From positions 71,099 through 135,098 of the IMG/VR virus record IMGVR_UViG_3300043436_004687: a stretch of 64,000 nt of DNA. One strand, written 5' to 3'. A program made the translations under genes and the position numbers. Positions 28,447-38,236 of this stretch are shown piece after piece. This stretch comes from a virus. The notes beneath the pieces are model-generated. The model was not told the DNA's origin, did not search any database, and saw only the letters and a list, made by a program, of their open reading frames with translations. Numbering within the stretch: position 1 is the stretch's first letter; the number at the start of each line of letters is the position of its first letter.

Positions 28447-28786
28447 TGTTTTTGATTAATTTTATTTCAATTAATTCTTTTATAAAATCACCATGGCAAA
28501 ATAATGGAGCACAATAACAGACCAAATTTACATTACCATTTTTAGCTTTTAAATATATTCTATTTAATTCATCACAAATTTGAGTATTTTTATTATTTAT
28601 TTCATTTAATAGATATTCTTTATATTTTTCAATTGCTTCTTCACGAGAATTGCATTGAAATAAAGCTTTAGTATTAATAATGTCTTTAGAACCTGTATAT
28701 GGATTACCGAGTATTGAACCTCGACCAACATAAACATCTTCTTTGGAAGATATGAAATGTTTAGATTTATTTACTACTTTAATCAT
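28433..28786 (-). CDS. DUF4326-like phage protein
   Basis: VYVGRGSILGNPY...LVCYCAPLFCHGD pattern typical of DUF4326. Confidence 0.45.
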   Translation of the reverse strand: MIKVVNKSKHFISSKEDVYVGRGSILGNPYTGSKDIINTKALFQCNSREEAIEKYKEYLLNEINNKNTQICDELNRIYLKAKNGNVNLVCYCAPLFCHGDFIKELIEIKLIKNTLKP

Positions 28787-28975
28787 TTATCTTAAAAACC
28801 ATCTTCGATATGTTCTTCGGTAATATAACCAACCCATGGGTGGTAAGGCTTTCTATCAATAAAATGGTCATTACCATATAATTCAATATCTTCTAATTCT
28901 TCTTCTGTCATATTTATATAATAAGTATTTTAAAATAAAAAACCATTATAATATTATAATGGTTTTTATAGTTTA

Positions 28976-29401
28976 TTATGCCTTATCTTCACCCTCTTTC
29001 TTAGCAAATAACGTCCTAACGGATTCTTGAAAAACCTCATATTTATCATAACCATGTTTAGATAAAACACCAGAGAAAGTTTTTACGTCAGCTGTATTAG
29101 TCACTGGTAATTCTTTATCATGAGAATAAGAAACCCCAGCTAAAACACTCTCAATTGCAATTACTTTTTGTTCAGCGGTTAATTGTTCAAAAATACCTTG
29201 ATTTACGGTTAATATCACATCTTCACCAGTTAAATGATAAGTAATGTCATTAGTCTTATGAACTTTAATCACATCTTTTTTCTGTCTTTCATCACCTAAG
29301 ACTTTAATATTCATCAAATTATCCAAATTTGTGGATAAGATAACCGAATCAAATTCGTTTTGTACATCATCATGCACTTCATCATACTTTCTTCTTGCCA
29401 T
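28976..29401 (-). CDS. hypothetical protein
   Basis: 141-aa ORF. Promoter motif at 29432-29442. Confidence 0.45.
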   Translation of the reverse strand: MARRKYDEVHDDVQNEFDSVILSTNLDNLMNIKVLGDERQKKDVIKVHKTNDITYHLTGEDVILTVNQGIFEQLTAEQKVIAIESVLAGVSYSHDKELPVTNTADVKTFSGVLSKHGYDKYEVFQESVRTLFAKKEGEDKA

Positions 29402-29452
29402 TTTTAATTAATTTAATTGTTAAAATTTATATTGCAAATATATAACTTATTT

Positions 29453-30478
29453 TTATTCTTGCAAATTATTTTCTCTAATTTTTTCTAATAATTTTAATTC
29501 AGTTTCACTAATATCATCAAATTCTAATAATTCCAATATTATATACATATCACCCCTAGAATTGGAGTTGTAAACTTTCATACCCTTACCTTTGACCCTA
29601 AGATTTGAGTTTATCTTACTATTTTTGGGTATTGTAATCTTAATTTTAAGACCTTCTATAGTATTAATTTCTTTTTCACACCCTAAAATTAAATCATAAT
29701 ATTTTAATTTTAATTTACAAATTAAATTATCACCTTGTCTCTCAAATTCCTTATGCCTTACTTCATTAATAATAACCTCTAAATCACCGTGATTACCTGA
29801 TTTTATCTTATGGCCCTTACCATTCAATATTAACCTATTACCACCATAAACACCAATTGGTATGTTTATTTCTTCCTCTATAGTTTCATCTACTTTACCC
29901 GATTTACAATTACCACATTTAGTTTTATATGTTTTACCAGTTTGATTACAACTTTGACAAGGCTTTTGTTGGATGAATTGTTGGTTACCCATTTGGAATA
30001 CTTCGCTTTTAATACCCTGACCATTACAAGACTTACAAGTTTCTTTTTCACCACCACTACCGTTACAAGTATTACAATCATTAGTGATTTTATAAGTAAC
30101 TTTTTTATTCACTCCATTAAAAATATCTTCTAATGAAAGGTTGAATTGAATTCTAGCATTTTGTCCCTTTTCTACTGGTTGTCTTTGAGAATATCTATTT
30201 CCTCTATTAAACATTTGATTAAATATATCATTCATATCAAATCCATCAAATCCGTTTGAATTTTCTTGGTGGCCGAATTTATCATAATGAGCTCTTTTTT
30301 TAGGGTCCGATAAATATTCGTTAGCTTCAGCTATTTCTTTAAATTTTTCTTCAGCTTCTTTATTGTCTGGATTTAAATCTGGATGAAATTTTTTAGATAA
30401 ATTTCTATAAGCTTTTTTTATTTCTCTTTCATTAGCGGTTTTTTCTAAACCAAGAATTTCATAATAATCTCTTTTCAT
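29453..30478 (-). CDS. dnaJ: DnaJ (Hsp40) co-chaperone, type I
   Basis: J-domain DYYEILGL...[11 protein letters not shown]-rich linker, four CxxCxGxG zinc-finger repeats, and a C-terminal domain. Confidence 0.8.
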   Translation of the reverse strand: MKRDYYEILGLEKTANEREIKKAYRNLSKKFHPDLNPDNKEAEEKFKEIAEANEYLSDPKKRAHYDKFGHQENSNGFDGFDMNDIFNQMFNRGNRYSQRQPVEKGQNARIQFNLSLEDIFNGVNKKVTYKITNDCNTCNGSGGEKETCKSCNGQGIKSEVFQMGNQQFIQQKPCQSCNQTGKTYKTKCGNCKSGKVDETIEEEINIPIGVYGGNRLILNGKGHKIKSGNHGDLEVIINEVRHKEFERQGDNLICKLKLKYYDLILGCEKEINTIEGLKIKITIPKNSKINSNLRVKGKGMKVYNSNSRGDMYIILELLEFDDISETELKLLEKIRENNLQE

Positions 30479-30513
30479 TTTATTAACTATTGTATAACAT
30501 TAATTTTTTAACT

Positions 30514-30873
30514 TTAATTATTTATATAATGTAAATAATCCTCAATTTGTTTTTTATAATAAACCGCTTCTTGACGTGCTTCTCTTAATATTTCCCAACC
30601 ATGACCATCATAATTTTTTTCATGCATTAAAATATCACTTGTTTTAATTAATTTATCCAAAACACTATCTAAAGAATAGGGTCTATTTAAACCTAAAAAT
30701 GAAGTAATAAATTCATTATTAAATTCTTTTTCAAGGTGTTCAGGGTGTTCAGATTTTGAAAACACATCATCAGCTTCTTTTAATAATTGAAGGGTCTTAT
30801 CGAACCCAATTACTTCCGAAACCTTACCTAAAAACAATTGTCTTATTAATTTTTTACTATTTTCTTTTGACAT
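30514..30873 (-). CDS. hypothetical protein
   Basis: 119-aa ORF. Confidence 0.4.
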   Translation of the reverse strand: MSKENSKKLIRQLFLGKVSEVIGFDKTLQLLKEADDVFSKSEHPEHLEKEFNNEFITSFLGLNRPYSLDSVLDKLIKTSDILMHEKNYDGHGWEILREARQEAVYYKKQIEDYLHYINN

Positions 30874-31139
30874 TAATTTTTATTTAACTTATTTTCCAAT
30901 TCACTAATCTTATCTTTTAATTTTCGAATAACCTGACTCACAGCATAATCATTTACCCACTTTGGGTCTGGAATGAATGATAACACAACAGATTCATTTC
31001 TATTTAAATCATATAGAATACCATCTGCTGGTTGTTTTATAAATTCATCTAATGATGTTATTCTTAATCCTTCAAAAGTGGCAACAATAACATTACCTTT
31101 CTTATACTCTTCTAGTATTTTATCTTTTAAATTTTCCAT
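30873..31139 (-). CDS. hypothetical protein
   Basis: 88-aa ORF. Confidence 0.35.
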   Translation of the reverse strand: MENLKDKILEEYKKGNVIVATFEGLRITSLDEFIKQPADGILYDLNRNESVVLSFIPDPKWVNDYAVSQVIRKLKDKISELENKLNKN

Positions 31140-31443
31140 TTTTTATTAAGTTAAAATTTAACAATTCATTCGTTTTTATAATTGCTGATTGCATCACTTC
31201 TAATCTAGAATTAAAACTAAAATTAGATTTATAATTTTTAATATGAAACATAAACCTCTCACACTTTTTACGGTGGCCGAATTTACTTTTTATATTAATA
31301 AACCACCCAATAGAATCAAAATATTCTACTATATAAGCATATTGAATAATTTTTGACATACCATAAAACAATGATTTATTATCAAAAATATTAGTTTCAA
31401 TTAACCAATTTTCAAAATCACTTTTTACTTTATCTGTTAACAT
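31120..31443 (-). CDS. hypothetical protein
   Basis: 107-aa ORF. Confidence 0.35.
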   Translation of the reverse strand: MLTDKVKSDFENWLIETNIFDNKSLFYGMSKIIQYAYIVEYFDSIGWFINIKSKFGHRKKCERFMFHIKNYKSNFSFNSRLEVMQSAIIKTNELLNFNLIKNGKFKR

Positions 31444-31455
31444 ATTTTTAAAAAT

Positions 31456-31677
31456 TTAAGAACTAACAACATCCGTATAATTTTTAATTGATTGGTCAAC
31501 TAAAATATTATCTCTAATTGATAATTGAATGGGTCTTAAATTCATTGGAACACGAAGATAATTGTATCCATTATTTAAGTTATCCATATCATCTAAGTTT
31601 TTAAAAGAAATATAAGCAAAAGTCCCATTTTCCGTTATTTCAATGTGAAACACTTCAATATTTGTTAAATTTTTCAT
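31456..31677 (-). CDS. hypothetical protein
   Basis: 73-aa ORF. Confidence 0.3.
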   Translation of the reverse strand: MKNLTNIEVFHIEITENGTFAYISFKNLDDMDNLNNGYNYLRVPMNLRPIQLSIRDNILVDQSIKNYTDVVSS

Positions 31678-31700
31678 ATTTTAATTATTTATTTATTTAT

Positions 31701-32243
31701 TTATTTTTTATCATTCATAATTAACCCTTCGGATATCCAACTTTGATCTTGTATTAAACGATATGTTCTAACCACAGCAAAATTAGTAATCTTAAAATAT
31801 TCAAATTTTATCCCATAGTCATCTGCTTTTAATTTAGATAATACAGCAGTTTCAAGTTTCTCTGGTGTAATACCACCTAAATCGTTATTCCATATAAAAT
31901 TAGCAACTTCACTCATTGCAATATTTTGAAGTGTTTTTTCTGGGTGATATAAAGTTTGATATAATTTTTCAATATTAGATATTGAATAACCAAATGAACT
32001 ATTTAAAGTTATTGTTTTCAAATCTTTGGAGGTTAAGGTTTGCATTGGCATTTCCGTAACTCTTAATCTATTTTCTTGAATGAAAATACTATCTAAATAT
32101 GGTAATCTAAAATAGATACCACCCTCCAATCTTTTTATTTGTTTACCATTACGAACCCTAACACCACTTTGCCAAGGTTGTACTATAACCCATATCTTAA
32201 CAGCATTAAATATATATTCAAAAAAATCTTTTACTTGATTCAT
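31701..32243 (-). CDS. hypothetical protein
   Basis: 180-aa ORF. Promoter motif at 32264-32274. Confidence 0.45.
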   Translation of the reverse strand: MNQVKDFFEYIFNAVKIWVIVQPWQSGVRVRNGKQIKRLEGGIYFRLPYLDSIFIQENRLRVTEMPMQTLTSKDLKTITLNSSFGYSISNIEKLYQTLYHPEKTLQNIAMSEVANFIWNNDLGGITPEKLETAVLSKLKADDYGIKFEYFKITNFAVVRTYRLIQDQSWISEGLIMNDKK

Positions 32244-32334
32244 ATCGGTTGTTCTAACTTTAATGCAAATATATAATACAATTTTTACTTTACCAAACTA
32301 TTTATTATTTATTTTTATATTTTAAATTAATAAT

Positions 32335-32997
32335 ATGGAATATAGAGTTATATTAACACAAAATGGTGAATTTAAACAAAATTTCCTAATCACCAAAAAT
32401 AAAAGAACTGCTTTTGATAAATTCAAGGAAATAAAACGAAAGTCAGAAAAAGTTTTATTTGAAGTACAGCATGTGAACACAAAAAAAATATTTCCAGTTA
32501 AACATATGCTTTATATTGTTAAAGAGTATGAATCAACTGATATTAAAAGAGCAATCCCAGATGGGAACGGTTCTTATATTGAAGAACCATTGTTATTTGA
32601 TAAATGGTTCGTTATGGCCTCTGAAAAATATAAAAAAGAAGAAAAATTTGCCATTTACGGTATGGACACTAGAGCCGAAAGGCAACCTATTAGTGGGGTA
32701 ATGAAAATTTTAATGAAAGGTCTTACAGACACAAAACAAAATAAACAAGTTATTGTGGTGCATAATAAATTAGTTATTTACAATGACCAAAATTTTGATA
32801 TGATATTCTGTAAATGTATTAAGGATTGTAAAAGACTACATGACACACTTTATAAGACCGCTGTTGCAATTAAACTTAAAAACCTTATGTTTATGGGTAT
32901 TGCCTCAAATGCCTCGTTATATCACATAAATAAAACAATTATTCAATGGACTGGTTGGGATTATAATAAAGTTAGAAGACAGACAACTAGACCGTAA
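32335..32997 (+). CDS. hypothetical protein (one of very few plus-strand genes)
   Basis: 220-aa ORF in a divergent intergenic region, with a downstream plus-strand terminator. Confidence 0.45.
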   Translation: MEYRVILTQNGEFKQNFLITKNKRTAFDKFKEIKRKSEKVLFEVQHVNTKKIFPVKHMLYIVKEYESTDIKRAIPDGNGSYIEEPLLFDKWFVMASEKYKKEEKFAIYGMDTRAERQPISGVMKILMKGLTDTKQNKQVIVVHNKLVIYNDQNFDMIFCKCIKDCKRLHDTLYKTAVAIKLKNLMFMGIASNASLYHINKTIIQWTGWDYNKVRRQTTRP

Positions 32998-33059
32998 ATT
33001 ATTTTCTATTTCTTTATTGTTACATCTTTAAATTCACAATAATCACATTATGACATTCT

Positions 33060-33090
33060 CCCAATCTTTAAAGAAAATTGGGTTTTTTGT
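33060..33090 (+). terminator. rho-independent terminator for the plus-strand gene (cccaat...attggg + T6)
   Basis: 6-bp stem plus TTTTTTG. It overlaps the stop codon of the minus-strand TnpB-like gene. Confidence 0.45.
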
Positions 33091-34294
33091 TTAAAGATTT
33101 ATTCATAATATTAAAATTATGAATCACATTAGATAAATCTAATGGCTCTGCCATAAGAGCAATATGGTTATTAAAGTATCTGTTTAAAATATTAATAGCA
33201 GCATTTAAATCTCTATCTATTTCTATATCATTACTTAATTTAACTGTTCTATCACTTAAATTAATTTTATTTTTAAATTGTTTACCAGTTAATGAATTAG
33301 TTTGTGTTGTATATTGTTCATTTTGCTTTAGAATATCTGTTTTATACTTAAAACTTTTTTGTTTCAATAATTCAATAAACATATTAAGATTACTCATCCC
33401 AAATGATTTACTTATCTTTTTATATTTATTCTCATAATTATTCATTAATTTTTTAACGGATAAATCACCAATAACTATAGTTTTATAGTTCATGTTCAAT
33501 AATTGTTTACTCTGAACATGTAGAGTTTGTTTGACTTGCTTATTTTTCTTATTATATAATTTATTAATAGTTATTTTTAATTTTTTATATTTTCTACTAC
33601 TATTATTTTTATTACTTAATTTACTCTGAACTTTAGCAATTTGTTTTAAATAATATTTAGATATCTGTTTAGATTTATTTGTAATAATAATTTGATTACC
33701 TTTATTATCTACACCAGTACCTAATCGTTTTAATCCTAAATCAATTGCTAATATTTTATTTTCTTGTGTAATAGTATCCACATATATCAATTCTTCTTCA
33801 ATAACAATATCACACAACCATTTATTATTAACAAATTTAACCCTAATTTCTTTAATATCTAATTTAGTTAAATCCAAATGTGATTTATAATTGAGTTTAA
33901 TTTTATTAATTGTGATTAATTCATTAGAATTAACAACCCAACCAGATTGATTAAATATGATAGTATGAAATTTATTAATATCCTTTATTTTATATGGCGA
34001 TTTAGCTGTTTTATCTTTTTTAATTAATTCGAAAAAACCCCTATATGAAGAATAAACTTCTTTAGATATCCGCTGACATGCTTTAGAATTTAATTTACAT
34101 AAATTACTATTTTTTCTTAATACTGTTATTTCTTTATCTAAGTCATAATTATGTCTAATTGATTTATTTAATTCATAAGACTCTTGTTCAAGATCAATTA
34201 GTTTATTCCATAATTCATTTCTTAATGATGATACCTCATGAAGTTGTTCAACTTGTAATTTATTAGGAAACAATCTAATTATGTAAGTTTTCAT
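33068..34294 (-). CDS. TnpB-like protein (RuvC D/E/D residues present) lacking the zinc finger; third solo copy
   Basis: RuvC-I LAIDLGLKR, RuvC-II NEQYTTQT, RuvC-III DRDLNAAINI. No Cys residues between RuvC-II and RuvC-III. Confidence 0.65.
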   Translation of the reverse strand: MKTYIIRLFPNKLQVEQLHEVSSLRNELWNKLIDLEQESYELNKSIRHNYDLDKEITVLRKNSNLCKLNSKACQRISKEVYSSYRGFFELIKKDKTAKSPYKIKDINKFHTIIFNQSGWVVNSNELITINKIKLNYKSHLDLTKLDIKEIRVKFVNNKWLCDIVIEEELIYVDTITQENKILAIDLGLKRLGTGVDNKGNQIIITNKSKQISKYYLKQIAKVQSKLSNKNNSSRKYKKLKITINKLYNKKNKQVKQTLHVQSKQLLNMNYKTIVIGDLSVKKLMNNYENKYKKISKSFGMSNLNMFIELLKQKSFKYKTDILKQNEQYTTQTNSLTGKQFKNKINLSDRTVKLSNDIEIDRDLNAAINILNRYFNNHIALMAEPLDLSNVIHNFNIMNKSLNKKPNFL

Positions 34295-34395
34295 TATTTA
34301 CTTAAAGTATTTATATATAAATATACAGTAATTATACAAAAGTTTAAAATAATAAATGGTTCGTAAACCATTCCAATCTATTTTAACTTCTTCCA

Positions 34396-34617
34396 TCATT
34401 TCTTTTTTATTAATTGAATAATTATCCCATCGCTTTCTAACTCAAATACGTTTGCTGGTTTAAATTCATCGTTAGAATTTCTCAAATTAAAAACATGTTC
34501 CTCTAATTCCCTATGATTATGACGATCTAACTCATAAACTAATTTTAACCCTGGTTTATAAATATTTTCATTATTTATTACCTCACTAAGCGTTCCTAAT
34601 AGTTGATTATAATTCAT
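34396..34617 (-). CDS. hypothetical protein
   Basis: 73-aa ORF. Confidence 0.3.
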   Translation of the reverse strand: MNYNQLLGTLSEVINNENIYKPGLKLVYELDRHNHRELEEHVFNLRNSNDEFKPANVFELESDGIIIQLIKKK

Positions 34618-34620
34618 AGA

Positions 34621-34836
34621 TTAAAATCTTTTTAAAAAATTTATAATTTTTTCCCTAAAGCTTATTTTTTTTTGTGGTAATATTACCACTTCATTAGAAA
34701 TCGCTTTTATTTCTTCACCTAAACCATTTTTTAATTCATCAATGAATTTCTTTTTAACTAATTTAGATTTTATTTCATTAGACTTTATTTCGTCTTTGAA
34801 AGAATCTATTTCTTCCTCTATAATAGTTTTTTTCAT
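34621..34836 (-). CDS. hypothetical protein
   Basis: 71-aa ORF. Confidence 0.3.
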   Translation of the reverse strand: MKKTIIEEEIDSFKDEIKSNEIKSKLVKKKFIDELKNGLGEEIKAISNEVVILPQKKISFREKIINFLKRF

Positions 34837-34837
34837 A

Positions 34838-35140
34838 TTAATTAAAATAAGCGCCCCTAAAAGCTTCTTCTAAACCAGAAAATTCTAAAAAATCATCGGT
34901 TAATAACCTTTTATTATATCTTCTGGATTGTAATTCTTCTATTTTTTGGTCATAATCTATTTTTAACTTTTTATCAATTGTTTTTAAAACACAATTAGAA
35001 AACTTTATATTAGGTAAATCTTTTAACCATAATACATAATTTAAATCAATAAAAATAAGATTTACAACATTTAATTTACTATTTTTATATTTACCAAATG
35101 GTATTTTATCAAATCTACCTAATTTATATTCAAGAACCAT
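34838..35140 (-). CDS. hypothetical protein
   Basis: 100-aa ORF. Confidence 0.35.
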   Translation of the reverse strand: MVLEYKLGRFDKIPFGKYKNSKLNVVNLIFIDLNYVLWLKDLPNIKFSNCVLKTIDKKLKIDYDQKIEELQSRRYNKRLLTDDFLEFSGLEEAFRGAYFN

Positions 35141-35147
35141 AATTTAA

Positions 35148-35432
35148 TCAAATTTTATAATTAATAATTTCTAATTTAATGTTATTAGGTAATTCTATAA
35201 TATGATTATCAACATCATAAAATCTAACAAAATACTCACCTATTTTACCATTTTTATAATAATTCAAAGATTTTATAAGTGGTTTTAATATTTTAGGAAT
35301 TTTAAGTAAAATTAAAGATTCGTTATCTTTAATTAAATAATTAATCATGGTTACTAAAGTTTGATTCCAATCATTTTGAGAATCTTTGTCTAATTTACCC
35401 ATAGCTGAATAATTCCAAATATTTTTACCCAT
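35148..35432 (-). CDS. hypothetical protein
   Basis: 94-aa ORF. Confidence 0.35.
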   Translation of the reverse strand: MGKNIWNYSAMGKLDKDSQNDWNQTLVTMINYLIKDNESLILLKIPKILKPLIKSLNYYKNGKIGEYFVRFYDVDNHIIELPNNIKLEIINYKI

Positions 35433-35438
35433 AATTTA

Positions 35439-35804
35439 TTAATAAAATCTACTTGTTAGTGGTACATAAACATTAAATTCTATTTCACCATTAATTAATT
35501 TTTGAAGAATCCTATGATACCCATCGATAATAACATCTTTAGCAAAACTACTATCACCAATTAACCCGTAAGATGTTACTGGTATTTTTTTAAGTGTTTT
35601 ATCATCACCATTGAATTCTGAATTTATAAATTCTTTTAAATCTAAATCATTTTTTAAAAGGTCATTTATATTTATGGTACGTAATACGTAATCATTTTTA
35701 ATTATTTGATTTTTATGTTGATTTTTAATTGGATCTTCATCATCTGAATGATTTTCAGATTTTAAATTATAAAAATAATTCCAAACTAAATTACCAGGTA
35801 TCAC
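35439..35804 (-). CDS. hypothetical protein
   Basis: 121-aa ORF. Confidence 0.35.
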   Translation of the reverse strand: MIPGNLVWNYFYNLKSENHSDDEDPIKNQHKNQIIKNDYVLRTININDLLKNDLDLKEFINSEFNGDDKTLKKIPVTSYGLIGDSSFAKDVIIDGYHRILQKLINGEIEFNVYVPLTSRFY

Positions 35805-35854
35805 CTCATTATTTTTATGTTCCTTTAAAATTTTTTTTTACTGCTAAAGTTATT

Positions 35855-36115
35855 TTATTTTTGTTCATAATTTATTTTATTTTTATCTAAAAACCATTTA
35901 GGTGCGTTAATAAAATAACGATGCGCTAAAACTTCTTTACCGAAATGATTATAATAATATTCTTCCACTATTTCTTCACAAATAGATTTAGGGAACCATA
36001 CTAATCTACTTGCACTACTCATTTCTCCTTTATCATTGTATCGCAAATCAACTAAAGCACCAATACTTTTATCCGATTCTCTTGTACCAGAAACCTGGAC
36101 CTTAATTTTATCCAT
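35855..36115 (-). CDS. hypothetical protein
   Basis: 86-aa ORF. Promoter motif at 36133-36142. Confidence 0.4.
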   Translation of the reverse strand: MDKIKVQVSGTRESDKSIGALVDLRYNDKGEMSSASRLVWFPKSICEEIVEEYYYNHFGKEVLAHRYFINAPKWFLDKNKINYEQK

Positions 36116-36170
36116 TAAAACGTTTAATTTTATGCAAATATAATTATATTGTAATTATAAAACAAATGTT

Positions 36171-36497
36171 ATGCAAAATATTTTATTCTTATTCCTAATT
36201 TATGGTATCACAAATATAATTATATTTGGTTCGATTTTCACATCATTTAGAGACTTCTGGTTAAAATATAATCCTAATTTTTTTGGTAAACTTTTCACTT
36301 GCCCCCTATGTTTAAGTACATGGGTGGGTGGGATTATATCCTTAACTTTCAATTATTTTGGTTATAAAACACCATTTTCTAACTATGGTTTAGAAATACT
36401 ACCATTAATTATTTTTTGTGATGCTTGCCTTAGTAGTGGGGTTGTTTGGGTTATACATAATTTTGAAGAAATGTTAGAACGTGTAGGAAATAATTAG
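36171..36497 (+). CDS. hypothetical membrane protein (plus strand)
   Basis: 108 aa with three hydrophobic helices and a CPLC motif. Confidence 0.4.
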   Translation: MQNILFLFLIYGITNIIIFGSIFTSFRDFWLKYNPNFFGKLFTCPLCLSTWVGGIISLTFNYFGYKTPFSNYGLEILPLIIFCDACLSSGVVWVIHNFEEMLERVGNN

Positions 36498-37177
36498 ATA
36501 TTTTCCATACAATTTATACAAAAGGTATCTGGACTATGATTACAAACCCCAGAATTAGGAATGTAAAAATCCTCAACCTCAATAATTAACTTACCATTTT
36601 TGTCTTTCTTAGGTAAATCAAGTTCTGACATACTTTTATTGAAGGCTTCAACATCATCATTAACAATTGGATGGTGACCTATTTCTATTGTGGGTTCAAA
36701 CACTTCTAAATCATTTACTAATTCTTGATTTATTACCCCAAAATCTTCATTTTGAATGGATTTTATTTCTAATGAAACATCAACTACATTTTCATTATTA
36801 TCTGCCTTTAAATCTAATATTTCATCTTCAAAGACAAATCTTAAATTATTTAATTCATTAAGGCTATTTGTTCTAAATAATTTCTTTAATTCTTCAACTC
36901 TAACTTTAAAATATTCTTTTTTTTGTTCTTTCTCAATATTAATATCAATTGTTTCTTTAATAAACTCTAATAAATCATCAATAGTTATGTTTATATCTTC
37001 AGAAAAAAACATATAATAATTTAAAGATTGGGTATCTCTTGTGGTTTCTATAAATTCTGATTTAGGTACCACCCAACCATCTTTTAAAATTACATCAACA
37101 ACTGATAAGTTATCAACAAATCTAATACCACTAACATATGGTTTTAATTGATTTATTTTTTCTTGTATGCTAATCAT
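36494..37177 (-). CDS. hypothetical protein
   Basis: 227-aa acidic protein. Confidence 0.45.
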   Translation of the reverse strand: MISIQEKINQLKPYVSGIRFVDNLSVVDVILKDGWVVPKSEFIETTRDTQSLNYYMFFSEDINITIDDLLEFIKETIDINIEKEQKKEYFKVRVEELKKLFRTNSLNELNNLRFVFEDEILDLKADNNENVVDVSLEIKSIQNEDFGVINQELVNDLEVFEPTIEIGHHPIVNDDVEAFNKSMSELDLPKKDKNGKLIIEVEDFYIPNSGVCNHSPDTFCINCMENI

Positions 37178-37386
37178 AATGAGAAACCAGTTATAATTAG
37201 TGTTATAAAGTAAGAAATTGACAACCCTAATAATAATAAAGAAGATTTACTAATAATATATTTTTTCGTATTATCCTCAGTTGAAGTAACGAACATTTGA
37301 ACACAAAAAAAAGAATGTCTTATTATATTTAAAATTGATAATATAAATACTATCATAATGAATTTATTAATTATTTCTACCAGCAT
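37174..37386 (-). CDS. hypothetical membrane protein
   Basis: 70 aa with two TM helices. Confidence 0.35.
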   Translation of the reverse strand: MLVEIINKFIMIVFILSILNIIRHSFFCVQMFVTSTEDNTKKYIISKSSLLLLGLSISYFITLIITGFSL

Positions 37387-37387
37387 A

Positions 37388-37615
37388 TTAATCTTTTTTA
37401 TCTTCTAAATTATCATTCACTTTTGGTGTTGTGATATTCCCCCATTTTATAAACATAGTTTCAAATAAAACTATTTTTTTTAAACATTCCAAAACCATTT
37501 TAGTCTTATCTTCAATATCCATATTGGAATTTATTGTGTTTTCTAATCTTTCTTCGAAAACCATTTTTTTATTTGCTAATTCGGTGATTATTATTTGATT
37601 TATTCTATTATCCAT
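37388..37615 (-). CDS. hypothetical protein
   Basis: 75-aa ORF. Confidence 0.3.
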   Translation of the reverse strand: MDNRINQIIITELANKKMVFEERLENTINSNMDIEDKTKMVLECLKKIVLFETMFIKWGNITTPKVNDNLEDKKD

Positions 37616-37650
37616 ATTTTATTTTAATTATAATTTTAGAAAAATAAACA

Positions 37651-38136
37651 TTATTTAATTTTATTAAGATAACTTAATTCAAAATCATTATAAATATTTA
37701 TAAATGTTTTTATATCATTTAAGGATTTGTTATTATTGTAATCAAACAAATAAATAAAAATAGATTCGATTGTTGGGGGTATGTTTGAATTTTCCTTATC
37801 CGAAACACTATAAAAAGTTTTAAATAAAAAATCTTTAAAATAATCATACAACACTGGATTATCTAAAAAAAATATACCATAAATTTCAAACTCTTCACAA
37901 ACCTTAATCCAACACCAGTTAAAATGTTTTTTTTGATCTGCCTTACTCGTAAATTCATCACCCATATAAGTGTTTTGGACCAACTTATTTAATTTTAATG
38001 TGAATTTTAAATATAGGTCGACTCTTTCAAAAACTATGTTGTTTTCAACATAAATTTTTTCAACACTATTATTTGATGATGGTTCCATAACCAATTTTAA
38101 AAAATTTTTACTATTATTTAAATTTTCAATACTCAA
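37651..38136 (-). CDS. hypothetical protein
   Basis: 161-aa ORF. Confidence 0.4.
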   Translation of the reverse strand: MSIENLNNSKNFLKLVMEPSSNNSVEKIYVENNIVFERVDLYLKFTLKLNKLVQNTYMGDEFTSKADQKKHFNWCWIKVCEEFEIYGIFFLDNPVLYDYFKDFLFKTFYSVSDKENSNIPPTIESIFIYLFDYNNNKSLNDIKTFINIYNDFELSYLNKIK

Positions 38137-38192
38137 TTCTATTAGATTATATATTTTAATTTAGACATTTTTAAGTAAAAATAAAGATAAAT

Positions 38193-38222
38193 AAAAAATC
38201 CCTTATTAATAAGGGATTTTTA
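38193..38222. terminator. bidirectional rho-independent terminator (atcccttatt/aataagggat)
   Basis: Perfect 10-bp palindrome flanked by A6 and T4. Confidence 0.55.
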
Positions 38223-38236
38223 AATTAGTTTATATT

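Noticed and set aside
31681-31705. (ATTT)n microsatellite-like run ttatttatttatttatttatttt
   Set aside because: Short simple-sequence tract of the kind expected in AT-rich intergenic DNA, with no higher-order repeat or array structure.
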